A stretch of 63,683 nucleotides of DNA from assembly GCA_046757665.1 (NCBI GenBank), contig JBHHYO010000009.1, positions 1 to 63,683 on the forward strand, given 5' to 3'. Below, piece after piece: positions 28,598 through 38,932 of this stretch (positions are counted from its first letter, which is position 1; the number at the start of each line of letters is the position of its first letter). The notes under the pieces were generated by a model, which was not told the DNA's origin, made no database searches, and worked only from the letters and a program-made list of their open reading frames with translations. This stretch comes from Nitrospinales bacterium. GTDB taxonomy: Bacteria > Nitrospinota > Nitrospinia > Nitrospinales > JAJDAT01. Made by a program: the position numbers and the translations under genes.

Positions 28598-29830
28598 TTA
28601 AAAAAATTCGTCTACCCAGTGCTTCATCCGGGTAAAAATTTTATCGAACAGGTTGCGCCCTTTAAGTTCCTGGGTTCTTCCCATTCGATGGTTTTTTAAG
28701 CCGTACAGGATCAGGCCGGTACTGGTTGCGTAACGGGGGTTGTTGACGACGTCGATCAAGCCGCCGAGTCCCTGGGGAATGCCGATGCGGACGGGCGCCT
28801 GGAAGACCTCCTCCGCTTGCTCGGCCATGCCGTCCATGCAGGCCGCGCCGCCCGTCAGGACAATTCCGGAGGAGATCAGGTCGCGATAACCGGATATCTC
28901 AATTTCATTGTTGAGCAGGTCGAACATTTCCTTGGAACGGGCTTCGATGATGCCGCATAAAATCTGCCGGGACACCTCCTTGGGATTGCGTCCGGCGACG
29001 TTTAAAACTTCAACGGTTTCGTTTTCCTTGACCAGCAGGGAGTGCGCGCAACCGTACATGTGCTTGATCTTTTCCGCCTCGTTGTTGGGGGTTCGCAGGC
29101 CGATGGCGATGTCGTTGGTCATTTGCGATCCGGCGATGGCCAGCACCGCCGTGTGTTTGATGGCTCCCTGATAAAACAGGGCCATGTCCGAAGTGCCGCC
29201 GCCGATGTCGATCAGGGCGACTCCCAGTTCTTTTTCATCCTGGGAGAGCACCGACTCGCTGGACGCCAGTTGTTCGAGAACGATATCCTGAACGCCCAAA
29301 CCGGCCTTGTTGACGCATTTCACGATGTTTTGCGCCGAGGAAACCGCGGCGGTGACGATGTGCACCTTGGCTTCCAGGCGAACTCCCGCCATGCCCAGCG
29401 GAGTCTTGATGCCGTCCTGGTTGTCGATCAGATATTCCTGCGGCAGGACGTGGAGAACCTCCCGGTCCATCGGAATGGCAATAGCCTTGGCGGCTTCGAT
29501 GACCCGGTCGACATCCTGCTGAACGACCTCCTTGCCTTTGACAGCAATGATGCCGTGGCTGTTCATGCTTTTGATGTGACCTCCGGCGATGCCCACGAAA
29601 GCGGAATCGATTTCGCAACCGGCCATGAGTTCGGCTTCCTCGACGGCTCCCCGGATCGACTCGACGGTGCTGTCGATGTTTATGACGACGCCTTTGCGCA
29701 GACCTCGGGACGGGTGCTGGCCAAGACCGATGATGTCGATGCGTCCGGTCGGCGTCACTTCACCGATGATGCAACAAATCTTGGTTGTGCCGATATCCAG
29801 GCCAACTAGAAAATTATCTTTTTTGGACAT
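28598..29830 (-). CDS. ftsA: Cell division protein FtsA
   Basis: GLDIGTTKI, DIGGGTSD, C-terminal amphipathic WVDEFF. Confidence 0.98.
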   Translation of the reverse strand: MSKKDNFLVGLDIGTTKICCIIGEVTPTGRIDIIGLGQHPSRGLRKGVVINIDSTVESIRGAVEEAELMAGCEIDSAFVGIAGGHIKSMNSHGIIAVKGKEVVQQDVDRVIEAAKAIAIPMDREVLHVLPQEYLIDNQDGIKTPLGMAGVRLEAKVHIVTAAVSSAQNIVKCVNKAGLGVQDIVLEQLASSESVLSQDEKELGVALIDIGGGTSDMALFYQGAIKHTAVLAIAGSQMTNDIAIGLRTPNNEAEKIKHMYGCAHSLLVKENETVEVLNVAGRNPKEVSRQILCGIIEARSKEMFDLLNNEIEISGYRDLISSGIVLTGGAACMDGMAEQAEEVFQAPVRIGIPQGLGGLIDVVNNPRYATSTGLILYGLKNHRMGRTQELKGRNLFDKIFTRMKHWVDEFF

Positions 29831-30773
29831 GTTTATCCCTACCTCCCTTGTTGAAAGCTTTTGTCGTTCCGGGAGAGGAGTTCCGGCGTTTCCCGGGCTT
29901 GACCACAACCTGGTCCTTGAAGGACAAATTGATATATTCAAACGGTTCTTTTTCCGGATCAATCAGGTCCAAAATAATTTTGAAGTTTTCGAAACCCTCG
30001 TCCAGGTTATCCAGATCGACCAGGAGCCGGGTGGCTCCGTTGCGGGTAGTCAGTATCGCTGGAGAACTTTTTTTCAGTTGTAACGTGTTGATGGGGTTGT
30101 TCAGGAAAAACGGCAGGCGGTTCAGGTAATGCATGAGTTTCAAGCCCGCCAGCAGGTCTTCGGTCGCCACGCTTTGTCCCGGTTTTACGGTTTTGCCTTT
30201 CATCCCGGCGATCAGGGGGAGGTGACGGAATTCCGGGCTGTCCGGCCCCATCAAAACGGCGAAATGGTCCATGAGGTAGATGTCATCGAACTGGATGCGC
30301 GCATACGGCGTTCGTTCTTCCACGGAAATGTGGATATTGTCCGGCAGTCGGCGTTCGACGGAAACACTGCGAATCCAGGGATGCCGGTTCAATTGGTCGC
30401 CGATGGCCGCCAGGTCGAGCGTGAAAATGTTTTTTCCCTTGATGGGGTCGGTCAAGCCCAATAGAGTCTCCCGCGACAGCAGGCGGTTGCCGCTGATGGT
30501 GACGTTGGCAACCTGTAAGTGCGGCGACTGGGTCAGGAACAGATAACCCTGGAAAACGGAGAAGCAGAAAGCCGTAATCAGAACAATTTCTATCAGGCTT
30601 TCCAGTTGGCTTTTCAGGAGACCAAGGCGCGCGGCGGTTCGTCTGGTTTGGCCGACTTTACCGGTTTTCGGCTTGCTTTGGCGCTTGCTGGGCCGGCGTT
30701 TTCCCGGGCTGGGGCGGGATACGGGTTTCCAGGTGATTGCCGGCGTGCCTTGCTCTAAAAGAGTATAGCTCAT
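29814..30773 (-). CDS. ftsQ: Cell division protein FtsQ/DivIB
   Basis: TM helix plus POTRA domain (ISGNRLLS, HPWIRSVSVERRLPD, EERTP); position between ddl and ftsA. Confidence 0.9.
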   Translation of the reverse strand: MSYTLLEQGTPAITWKPVSRPSPGKRRPSKRQSKPKTGKVGQTRRTAARLGLLKSQLESLIEIVLITAFCFSVFQGYLFLTQSPHLQVANVTISGNRLLSRETLLGLTDPIKGKNIFTLDLAAIGDQLNRHPWIRSVSVERRLPDNIHISVEERTPYARIQFDDIYLMDHFAVLMGPDSPEFRHLPLIAGMKGKTVKPGQSVATEDLLAGLKLMHYLNRLPFFLNNPINTLQLKKSSPAILTTRNGATRLLVDLDNLDEGFENFKIILDLIDPEKEPFEYINLSFKDQVVVKPGKRRNSSPGTTKAFNKGGRDKHVQKR

Positions 30774-30779
30774 AACGGT

Positions 30780-31703
30780 TTATTCCGAGTAATCCAGTTG
30801 TGCGCGTTTCAATATTTCCATGACCAGGTCCGGAAACTCCATTCCCGCCTGCTTGGCCGCCATCGGTAGCAAACTGGTCGGCGTCATTCCCGGAATGGTG
30901 TTCATTTCCAGGACATGGGGAGTGCCTTGCGAATCGAGAATGACATCCACCCGCGGCACACCCCGCGCCTGGAGAACGCGGCAGACTTCGACGGAGATTT
31001 CTTCGCACCGTTTGACCTCGTTGTCCGGGATATCCGCCGGGCAAATGTACCGCGTTTTTCCGGGCGTGTATTTTGCCTCGTAGTCATAAAACCCGGTCAG
31101 CGGAATGATATGGACGATGGGCAAGGGGCGGTCGCCGCACATGGAGATGGCGAGCAGTTTCCCTTCGATATATTTTTCGACGATGACTTCGCTCGAATGC
31201 TCAAAGGCTTTTTCCACCGCCTCGCGCCAGTGGCTTTCTTCCCTGACGATGGAGACGCCGATGCTGGAACCCTGGTCCGAAGGTTTGACCACTACCGGCA
31301 AGTCCAGGGTGCGCTGGATTTCTCCCCGATCTTTGTACAGCACCTGGAACTCGGGAGTGGGGATTCCGTGATGTTGAAACAGTTTCTTGGACATGACTTT
31401 GTTGAAGGCCACGGCGCTGGCGAGAACGCCGGACCCGGTATAGGGGATTTTGAGGCAATTCAAAAGACCCTGGATGGCGCCGTCTTCGCCGTATGTTCCA
31501 TGCAGGGCAATGAAAGCGAGATCAACCCCCTGGGTCGTTAAAGCCTGGGTGATGTGTTCGTCAACGTCGATAGCCACGGCCTGCAATCCTTTGCGTTGAA
31601 TGGCTTGAAACACCGCTTTCCCGGTTTCAAGTGAAACTTCTCTTTCCGTAGACAGCCCGCCCATCAGGACTCCGATGGTTTTGTTTTTCAAGTGTTCCAA
31701 CAA
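30780..31703 (-). CDS. ddl: D-alanine-D-alanine ligase
   Basis: GGLSTEREVSL, LHGTYGEDG, GSSIG, YDYEAKY, EMNTIPG. Confidence 0.97.
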   Translation of the reverse strand: MLEHLKNKTIGVLMGGLSTEREVSLETGKAVFQAIQRKGLQAVAIDVDEHITQALTTQGVDLAFIALHGTYGEDGAIQGLLNCLKIPYTGSGVLASAVAFNKVMSKKLFQHHGIPTPEFQVLYKDRGEIQRTLDLPVVVKPSDQGSSIGVSIVREESHWREAVEKAFEHSSEVIVEKYIEGKLLAISMCGDRPLPIVHIIPLTGFYDYEAKYTPGKTRYICPADIPDNEVKRCEEISVEVCRVLQARGVPRVDVILDSQGTPHVLEMNTIPGMTPTSLLPMAAKQAGMEFPDLVMEILKRAQLDYSE

Positions 31704-31751
31704 GCTGTCTCCGATCGTTTTTTACAACCTGGGTTCGAGGTCAAACCGGCA

Positions 31752-32669
31752 TCAAACCCAGATAATTTCTTTTTCCAGTTCAATGCCCGTTTTTTCCTTG
31801 ACCACTCGCTGAATGTGTTCGATCAGTTTCAGGACATCCTCGGCGCGGGCATGGCCCTTGTTGACGATAAAGTTTGCGTGCTTTAACGAAACCGCGGCGT
31901 CGCCGACACGGGCTCCCTTGAGTCCCGCGGCTTCGATAAGTTTTCCCGCGGTGTGTCCCGGGGGATTTTTGAAAATGGAGCCCGAGTTTGGCCGGTTTAA
32001 CGGTTGCTTGCGGCTTCTTTTCCGCAAGTAGCCGTCCATGGTGTTCTGGATGGTCATTCGGTCGCCTTTGCGCAGTTCCAGTTCGGCCTCAACGATTACG
32101 CCGCCGCCGGAAGGGAAAACGGTTTTCCGGTACTGGAAGGAAAGGTCTGCTTTTCCCAGGACTTGCGTTTCTCCGTCCCGGGTGATTCGCGTAAGGCTTT
32201 TGACGGCCTGGCCGATTTCCGTACCTTCGGCGCCGGCATTCATGACCAGGGCGCCGCCCAGGGAACCGGGAATTCCCGCCAGGCCTTCCAGTCCCGTCAA
32301 GGAATGGCGGGCGGCATATTTCGCCAGGTAGGACAACTTGACTCCCGACCCGGCTCTTAACAGGGCGGTTTCCCCGCCTGCCGAGTTGGCGGAAAACGTA
32401 ATCCCCTTGACCGCCTTGAAACTGTCCTTGAGGGAGATCACGATACCGCGGAACCCATTGTCATTAACCAGAAGATTGGTCCCCTCGCCGAGGACGAACA
32501 CCGGCGTGCTCTCGATATGCTTGAAAATAATTTGCAAATCCTCGATGCCGGCGGGTGAAATGAAGATGTCGGCGGGTCCTCCGATCCTGAAGGAGGTGTG
32601 CAGGGACAGAGGTTCGTCGTATTTCACCTGTCCCTTGATCCTGTGTAGCCAGTCTTGGTTTTTACTCAT
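31752..32669 (-). CDS. murB: UDP-N-acetylmuramate dehydrogenase
   Basis: HTSFRIGGPA, GIPGSLGGALVMNAGA, GSIFKNP, KHANFIVN. Confidence 0.97.
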   Translation of the reverse strand: MSKNQDWLHRIKGQVKYDEPLSLHTSFRIGGPADIFISPAGIEDLQIIFKHIESTPVFVLGEGTNLLVNDNGFRGIVISLKDSFKAVKGITFSANSAGGETALLRAGSGVKLSYLAKYAARHSLTGLEGLAGIPGSLGGALVMNAGAEGTEIGQAVKSLTRITRDGETQVLGKADLSFQYRKTVFPSGGGVIVEAELELRKGDRMTIQNTMDGYLRKRSRKQPLNRPNSGSIFKNPPGHTAGKLIEAAGLKGARVGDAAVSLKHANFIVNKGHARAEDVLKLIEHIQRVVKEKTGIELEKEIIWV

Positions 32670-32804
32670 GGTTTTTCTCAGCACGATCTTTCGTCCCAGG
32701 ACGGTTTTTGGAAAATCCCAACGGGTCCGGGTTGGGATGCCGTGATTATTGTTTGTGTGGGCAAAGCGAATCAGTCGTTGTTTCCAGGATGCAGTTATCA
32801 TAGG

Positions 32805-34208
32805 TTATTTATCCTCACCCGAAGGGTTTAACGAGGCGGGGAAGTTTGCCGGCAAGTCGCGGCCCAATTCCCCGATATCTCCTGCTCCAAGCGTCATGAC
32901 GACATCTCCCGGTCGGACCGTTCGAAGCAGGTGGGAGACAATCTCTGTTTTGGTTTCCAGATACTCGACGTTCTTGTGCCCGCAGTTTCTAGCGCCTTCG
33001 ACAATTTGGCGGGCGTGGACTCCCTCGATGGGATCCTCGCCCGCGGGATAAATCTTCGTTACGATCAGCGAATCGGCGTCGTTGAAAGCGGACCAGAACC
33101 GTTCCATCAGCAATTGTGTCCGGGTGTAACGGTGCGGTTGAAAGATGACAACCAATCTGCGGGCGGGCCAGACTTCCTTGGCGGCTTTTAAGGCGGCCTG
33201 GATTTCCGTCGGATGATGGCCGTAATCGTCAACCAGCACAAAGGAATCCGATTGTGTCATGACCTCGAATCGGCGTTGCACGCCGGGAAAGTTTTTCAGC
33301 GCTTCCTTGATGACGGCGAAATCCAGTTCCAGTTCCATGCCGACGGCGATAGCCGCCAGGGTGTTGCGGGCGTTGTGCTTTCCGGGGATGCAGGAAGTAA
33401 TGCCGCCAAGTTTTTTGCCGCGGAAATAAACGTCAAAACGTGTTTTCAGGCCGTCGTTTTCGATGTTTCTGGCGCAGTAATCCGCCTGGCGGGTCAAGCC
33501 GTACGTGATATACCTTTTCCCCAATTTGGGGATCAGCGCCTGGATATGCGGTTCGTCCAGGCACAAAATGGCGGCGCCGTAAAAGGGTAGCCGGTTCAAA
33601 AAAGTCAGGAACGCCGCTTTCATGGCGTCGAATGTCCCGTAAAAATCAAGATGTTCTTCGTCAAGAGTGGTGACGACGGCGATGGTCGGAGCCAGGTGCA
33701 GAAAAGAACCGTCGCTTTCATCCGCCTCGGCGACCAGGAGGTCGCTTTGCCCCAGTTTGGCGTGACTGCCGATGCTTTTCAGCCGCCCGCCGATAACCAC
33801 CGTGGGGTCCAGTTTGCCGCCGCCCAGCACCGTGGCGACCAGTGAGGTGGTTGTGGTTTTTCCATGTGTGCCGGCAATGGCGATACCGTATTTCATACGC
33901 ATCAATTCCGCCAACATTTCGGCGCGTGGGATAATAGGGATCAATTTTCCCCTGGCGGCGAGCAGTTCCGTGTTGTTCGGCTTGATGGCCGTGGAAGTGA
34001 CCACAACCTGGGCATTTTCGATATTCCGGGCCATATGCCGATAGCTGATTCTGGCGCCGGCCTTTTCCAGGTGGTCCGTCACGGCGGACCGCGTTTGGTC
34101 GGATCCACTGACCTCGTAACCTAGATTGATCAGCACTTCAGCGATGCCGCTCATCCCGGAGCCTCCGATACCGATGAAATGAATTCGCCTGGTTTTTCCT
34201 AAAAACAT
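32805..34208 (-). CDS. murC: UDP-N-acetylmuramate-L-alanine ligase
   Basis: GIGGSGMSG, GTHGKTTT, EADESD, DDYGHHPTE, FQPHRY. Confidence 0.98.
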   Translation of the reverse strand: MFLGKTRRIHFIGIGGSGMSGIAEVLINLGYEVSGSDQTRSAVTDHLEKAGARISYRHMARNIENAQVVVTSTAIKPNNTELLAARGKLIPIIPRAEMLAELMRMKYGIAIAGTHGKTTTTSLVATVLGGGKLDPTVVIGGRLKSIGSHAKLGQSDLLVAEADESDGSFLHLAPTIAVVTTLDEEHLDFYGTFDAMKAAFLTFLNRLPFYGAAILCLDEPHIQALIPKLGKRYITYGLTRQADYCARNIENDGLKTRFDVYFRGKKLGGITSCIPGKHNARNTLAAIAVGMELELDFAVIKEALKNFPGVQRRFEVMTQSDSFVLVDDYGHHPTEIQAALKAAKEVWPARRLVVIFQPHRYTRTQLLMERFWSAFNDADSLIVTKIYPAGEDPIEGVHARQIVEGARNCGHKNVEYLETKTEIVSHLLRTVRPGDVVMTLGAGDIGELGRDLPANFPASLNPSGEDK

Positions 34209-34248
34209 GGGTCAACATAAGTCTTTTAAGAAATGCGGTTTTTGACGA

Positions 34249-35346
34249 TTAATGTCTTGTTTCCTCTAGCAACTGCAAGCAGAGCTGTTTTACTTTTTCA
34301 GTGGCGTTCCGGTTGCCGAGACGGAAACTGTTTTGCTCCATTTTCTTGAGTCGCTCCGGATTCTCCATGCCTTGCCGGATGGCCTGTGCCAGGTTTTCCC
34401 CGGTAAGCTGGTGATCGAGAATCAATTCCGCGGCGTTTTCCGCTTCCAGAATGCGCGCGTTCTTTTCCTGGTGCTGGTGGGCGGCATAAGGAAAAGGAAT
34501 CAGGATCGAGACCTTTCCGGAAGCAGTGACTTCCGCCAGCGTGGTGGCGCCGGCCCGGCAGATGATCAGGGAAGCCTTTCGGTATTGATCCGCCATGTCA
34601 TGGAAAAACGGTCGAACGTCGGCGGAAAATCCTTTGGCGGTGTAGTATTGTTCCATTTTGTCGGCGTCCTGTTGGCCGGTCTGGTGGATAAAGAACAACG
34701 AGTCTTTCAGTGGCGCAAGAATATCCAGAGCATCTTTCACCGCCATGTTGATGGAATGCGCGCCTTGACTGCCGCCGAAGATCAAGACGTTGAATTTTTC
34801 CTGCTTGCCGGCATCCGTCGCCGAACCGGGCGCGCAAAATTCTTCCCGAATCATATTTCCGGTTTCCTCGACTTTGTGGCGCGGAAAAAAAAGCCTGGAT
34901 TGCTTGAAGGAGATGGCGATTTTGTCGGCAACCTTCCCCAGCCATCGGTTGGTGATTCCTGGGACGGCGTTTTGCTCGTGAATCAGGATGGGGATGCGGA
35001 GCGTCCACGCTGAAAGCACAAGCGGTCCGGAAGCGTAGCCGCCGACGCCTACCACCAGGTCGGGTTTGTGACGGATCAGGAAGCACAGCGACTGAGATAT
35101 CCCGACGGGCAACTTGAACCAGGATATCCAGCGTGCTAAGCCGCGCTTGCCGATCAGGCCGCCGGAATGAATGGTCTTGAGATTGAATCCTTCCCGGGGA
35201 AGGACTTCAGACTCGATTCCCTGCTCGGTGCCGACAAAAGTGATTTCGATGTCCTTGCTGTGTTTCATAAGCGCTTTTGCCAGGGCGATCCCGGGATAAA
35301 GGTGACCCCCTGTGCCTCCTCCAGCTATGACGATTCTGTACGCCAT
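34249..35346 (-). CDS. murG: Lipid II GlcNAc transferase MurG
   Basis: GGGTGGH, HEQNAVPG, GGSQGA, RAGATT. Confidence 0.98.
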   Translation of the reverse strand: MAYRIVIAGGGTGGHLYPGIALAKALMKHSKDIEITFVGTEQGIESEVLPREGFNLKTIHSGGLIGKRGLARWISWFKLPVGISQSLCFLIRHKPDLVVGVGGYASGPLVLSAWTLRIPILIHEQNAVPGITNRWLGKVADKIAISFKQSRLFFPRHKVEETGNMIREEFCAPGSATDAGKQEKFNVLIFGGSQGAHSINMAVKDALDILAPLKDSLFFIHQTGQQDADKMEQYYTAKGFSADVRPFFHDMADQYRKASLIICRAGATTLAEVTASGKVSILIPFPYAAHQHQEKNARILEAENAAELILDHQLTGENLAQAIRQGMENPERLKKMEQNSFRLGNRNATEKVKQLCLQLLEETRH

Positions 35347-35353
35347 TTCCGTT

Positions 35354-36469
35354 TCATCGCCGCCGGCCCGTGTATTTGGAGATGTTCAACAAGACTCCCA
35401 TGCATAACATGGAGACCAGCAACGAGGAGCCTCCCAGGCTGATGAACGGCAACGTGAGCCCTTTGGTGGGTAACAGGCCCACCGTCACGGCCATGTTGGT
35501 GAATGCTTGGAAAACGATCAGCAATGTCAAACCGACGGCGAGGTTGGCCCCGAAGGTATCGTGTGCCCGCAGGGCGGTTGAAAACCCGCGCCACATCAAT
35601 AGCGCAAAGAGGATGACAATGCCCGCGGTTCCCATGAGCCCCAGCTCCTCTCCGATTACGGCGAAGATGAAATCCGTATGGGCTTCGGGCAGGTAAAAAA
35701 GTTTTTGCTGGCCGCCTCCCAGTCCAAGACCCCAGGGGCCGCCGCGGCCGAAAGCGTAGAACGACTGGATGGCTTGAAACCCGCTGTCCGCGGGGTCCTG
35801 CCAGGGGTCCAAAAAGGTCATGATCCGGCGTCGGCGGTATTCGGCGCCCATAATCGCGGATACCAGAAAAGGAACCAGGATCAGGCAAGAATAAAACAGG
35901 AACTTGAAACGGACGCCTCCGATAAAGAACATCAGAAATGCCACAACCGCAATAATCATGGCGGTGCCGAAGTCCGGCTGAAACAAAATCGGCAGAAAAA
36001 AGAACCCCAGCACAATCAATTTGGGAAGGTAGCCGTACATGAAACTGGTTAGCTTGTCCTGGCGTTTTACCAGGGATTTGGCGACAAAAAGCACCAGTGT
36101 AAACTTGGCCAGCTCCGAGGGCTGGAACGACCATCCGCCGAGGGAAAGCCATCGTCTTGCTCCACCAACTTCCCTGCCCACGCCGGGGATCATTACCACC
36201 AAAAGCATCACGAGAGTAATTCCAAGGGCAGGGTAGGTGAGTTGTTGGAGCTTGCGGTAATCGGTATTGCTGGCGTACCACATCACCCCAACTCCCAAGA
36301 CCAGCCAGACCGCTTGACGCTTGATGAAGTAATAGGGGTCGTTGTATTTCTCCATCGCCAAGACGGCGCTGGCGCTGTAAACCATGACCAAACCGACCAA
36401 AAGAAGTCCGGCTATGGAAAAATACAAAACCGAATCGTTTTGTGTTTTCTTGGTAGCAGGAGGATTCAA
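35354..36469 (-). CDS. ftsW: SEDS peptidoglycan polymerase FtsW
   Basis: VYSAS, FQPSELAK, QPDFGT, LPEAHTDFIF, PFISLGGSS. Confidence 0.97.
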   Translation of the reverse strand: MNPPATKKTQNDSVLYFSIAGLLLVGLVMVYSASAVLAMEKYNDPYYFIKRQAVWLVLGVGVMWYASNTDYRKLQQLTYPALGITLVMLLVVMIPGVGREVGGARRWLSLGGWSFQPSELAKFTLVLFVAKSLVKRQDKLTSFMYGYLPKLIVLGFFFLPILFQPDFGTAMIIAVVAFLMFFIGGVRFKFLFYSCLILVPFLVSAIMGAEYRRRRIMTFLDPWQDPADSGFQAIQSFYAFGRGGPWGLGLGGGQQKLFYLPEAHTDFIFAVIGEELGLMGTAGIVILFALLMWRGFSTALRAHDTFGANLAVGLTLLIVFQAFTNMAVTVGLLPTKGLTLPFISLGGSSLLVSMLCMGVLLNISKYTGRRR

Positions 36470-36500
36470 GGGTAACTCTCGTCAAAGTTGGCATCGGTTT

Positions 36501-37832
36501 TCATGAAAGCAGGTTCACCAGGGTTCTGAATTGGCGGCCCCGGTCTTCGTAGTCGCGGAACATGTCGAAGCTGGCGCAGGCGGGAGACAATAAAACGACG
36601 TCGCCCGATGCGGCTTGGGCCCAGGCCCGTTTAACGGCCGTTTCCAGCGTGTCGGCTTCTTCCCATGGGGTTGAGCCGTTCAGGATTTGCTTGATTTTGG
36701 CTTTGGCTTCTCCGATCAGGATCAAGTGTTTCACCTTGGCTTTGATCAAGGGGGAAAGAGGCGAAAAATCGGCGCCCTTGTCACGGCCGCCAAGAATTAA
36801 AATAATCGGACGTTGAAAACTGTTTAATGATTTTTGCGTTGATCCGATATTGGTCCCCTTGGAGTCATTGACGAAATCGATCCCCTGAAGGTTCCTGATC
36901 CATTCCATGCGATGCTCCAGGCCCGGGAAGGTTCGAATGGATTTTGCGATTGCCGGAGCGTCGGCGCCGGCAAGAGACGCGGCCGTGGTGGCGGCGAGGA
37001 TGTTTTCCATCTGCCACTGCATGACGGGTTTCAACCGCTCAACCGCGCAAATTTCTCTTTCGCTGTCGTTAAGCCGCACCGTAATGATTCCATCGCGCAG
37101 GAAAGCGCCCTCCCGGACTTCTTTTTGCGTGCTGAAGAAAATTTGCCGCGCGCGCGCGCCGCGGCCAAGGTCGCGGGTCTGGGGGTCATCCGCGTTTAAA
37201 ATCAGCAAATCGTCCTGATTCTGGTTTGTGGTGATTTTTCTTTTCAACGCCGCATACTGCGCCATGGTTTGGTGGCGGTCCAAATGGTCCGGGCTGAGGT
37301 TTAGAATAACGGCGATTTTGGGCCGGAATTGGCTTATGCCCTCTAACTGAAAACTGCTGATTTCCAATACCACGAAGTCTCTGGATTCCCCGTCGACCAG
37401 GGAAATAAAGGGGGTACCGATGTTGCCGCCGGTGACGGATTTTTTGCCCGCTTCTTGCAGGATTCTTCCCAGGAGCGTGGTTGTCGTTGTTTTCCCATTG
37501 GTCCCGGTGATGGCGATGATCGGGGTTTGATTGAATCGGTACGCCAGCTCAATTTCGCTGATGATTTCAGTTTCCCGCTGGCGAGCCTTATCGAGGAAAG
37601 AAGAGTTAATGTCCACGCCCGGACTCAACACGATCAGTTCGGAATCGGCGGGTGGAATGGATTGTTCAAACAGAGCGGTTACTTTCGCATCTAAGTGAAC
37701 TTGTGTTTCCAGAGGCGCTTTTTTTTGGTCGATGAGCGTTACCCGCGCTCCCCGGCGGGCGAGGAAGTTGGCCGCGGCAATGCCTGTCCGCCCCATGCCG
37801 ATTACGGTTATTTTTTTATGTTTGGCTTCCAT
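36501..37832 (-). CDS. murD: UDP-MurNAc-L-Ala-D-Glu ligase
   Basis: GTNGKTTT, EISSFQL, DHLDRH, NDSKGTN, LSPACASFD. Confidence 0.98.
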   Translation of the reverse strand: MEAKHKKITVIGMGRTGIAAANFLARRGARVTLIDQKKAPLETQVHLDAKVTALFEQSIPPADSELIVLSPGVDINSSFLDKARQRETEIISEIELAYRFNQTPIIAITGTNGKTTTTTLLGRILQEAGKKSVTGGNIGTPFISLVDGESRDFVVLEISSFQLEGISQFRPKIAVILNLSPDHLDRHQTMAQYAALKRKITTNQNQDDLLILNADDPQTRDLGRGARARQIFFSTQKEVREGAFLRDGIITVRLNDSEREICAVERLKPVMQWQMENILAATTAASLAGADAPAIAKSIRTFPGLEHRMEWIRNLQGIDFVNDSKGTNIGSTQKSLNSFQRPIILILGGRDKGADFSPLSPLIKAKVKHLILIGEAKAKIKQILNGSTPWEEADTLETAVKRAWAQAASGDVVLLSPACASFDMFRDYEDRGRQFRTLVNLLS

Positions 37833-37835
37833 GGC

Positions 37836-38921
37836 TTATCTGAGTTTCAAGGTGCTCAGGCTGAGAATCGCGAAAATCACCGCGATGATCCAAAACCTGA
37901 CAATAACCTTGGGTTCTTTCCATCCCAACTGTTCAAAGTGATGGTGGAGCGGGGCCATTTTGAAAATGCGCTTGCCGCCGGAATATTTGAAATAAGCAAC
38001 TTGAAAGATGACGGATAATGCTTCGATGACAAAGACTCCGCCGACAAGTAGCAACAAAAGTTCGTGTTTTGCGATAACCGCGACGGTTCCCAACACTCCG
38101 CCGAGAGATAAAGACCCTACGTCCCCCATAAACATCTGGGCGGGGTAAGCGTTGAACCAGAGAAACCCCAGGCTGGCCCCCACGATGGCCGAACTGAGCA
38201 CGGCAACCTCTCCTGCGCCCTTGATATAAGGGATTTGCAGATACCGGGCGAAATTAAAATGGCCGCAAAGGTAAACGATTCCGGTAAAAGTGAACATGGC
38301 AATGATGATGGGGCCGATGGCCAGTCCGTCCAGACCGTCGGTCAAATTCACCGCGTTGGATGTCCCTACAATGGTGACGACGATGAGCAGGAGGTAACCT
38401 GAACCCAGGTCGGGTTGAAAATCTTTCAAAAAGGGCACCGACAGTTTGGTGGCGTAATCGGATCGATTGGGGTCCACAAAGATCAAATACATTCCGATAA
38501 AAAGGCTTAGAAAAATTTGATACATGAATTTCTTTTTGGCGGTCAGGCCGGAACCGCTTTTAATTTTCATGACATCGTCGCAATAACCGATCAGCCCAAA
38601 ACCTATGGCGGCAAAGACAACCAGCCAGATGTAAGGGTTGGTCAGGTCGGCCCATAAAAGGGTGGATGACAAAAACGCGCAGAGCACCAGCAACCCCCCC
38701 ATGGTGGGGGTTCCGGATTTGGCGAAATGCTGTTGCGGGCCCTCATCGCGGATCTTTTCCTTGATCTGGTATTTCTGCAACATGCGGATCATTCCGGGGC
38801 CGAGGAGCAGACAAAAGACCAGCGCCGTAATGCCCGCGTATGCCGAGCGAAAGGTGATATAGCGAAAGACGTTGAAAATGGAATAATCCGAACTGAGCGG
38901 ATAAAAAATGTGATAAAACAT
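37836..38921 (-). CDS. mraY: Phospho-MurNAc-pentapeptide transferase
   Basis: KSGTPTMGG, NAVNLTDGLDGL, FMGDVGS, APLHHHFE. Confidence 0.98.
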   Translation of the reverse strand: MFYHIFYPLSSDYSIFNVFRYITFRSAYAGITALVFCLLLGPGMIRMLQKYQIKEKIRDEGPQQHFAKSGTPTMGGLLVLCAFLSSTLLWADLTNPYIWLVVFAAIGFGLIGYCDDVMKIKSGSGLTAKKKFMYQIFLSLFIGMYLIFVDPNRSDYATKLSVPFLKDFQPDLGSGYLLLIVVTIVGTSNAVNLTDGLDGLAIGPIIIAMFTFTGIVYLCGHFNFARYLQIPYIKGAGEVAVLSSAIVGASLGFLWFNAYPAQMFMGDVGSLSLGGVLGTVAVIAKHELLLLLVGGVFVIEALSVIFQVAYFKYSGGKRIFKMAPLHHHFEQLGWKEPKVIVRFWIIAVIFAILSLSTLKLR

Positions 38922-38932
38922 TTTTTCTTTCT

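Noticed and set aside
32670-32804. Extended murB N-terminus and a hairpin (ATCCCAAC...GTTGGGAT) in the murC-murB gap
   Set aside because: Homology starts at MSKNQ; a single short hairpin is not enough to call an RNA element.
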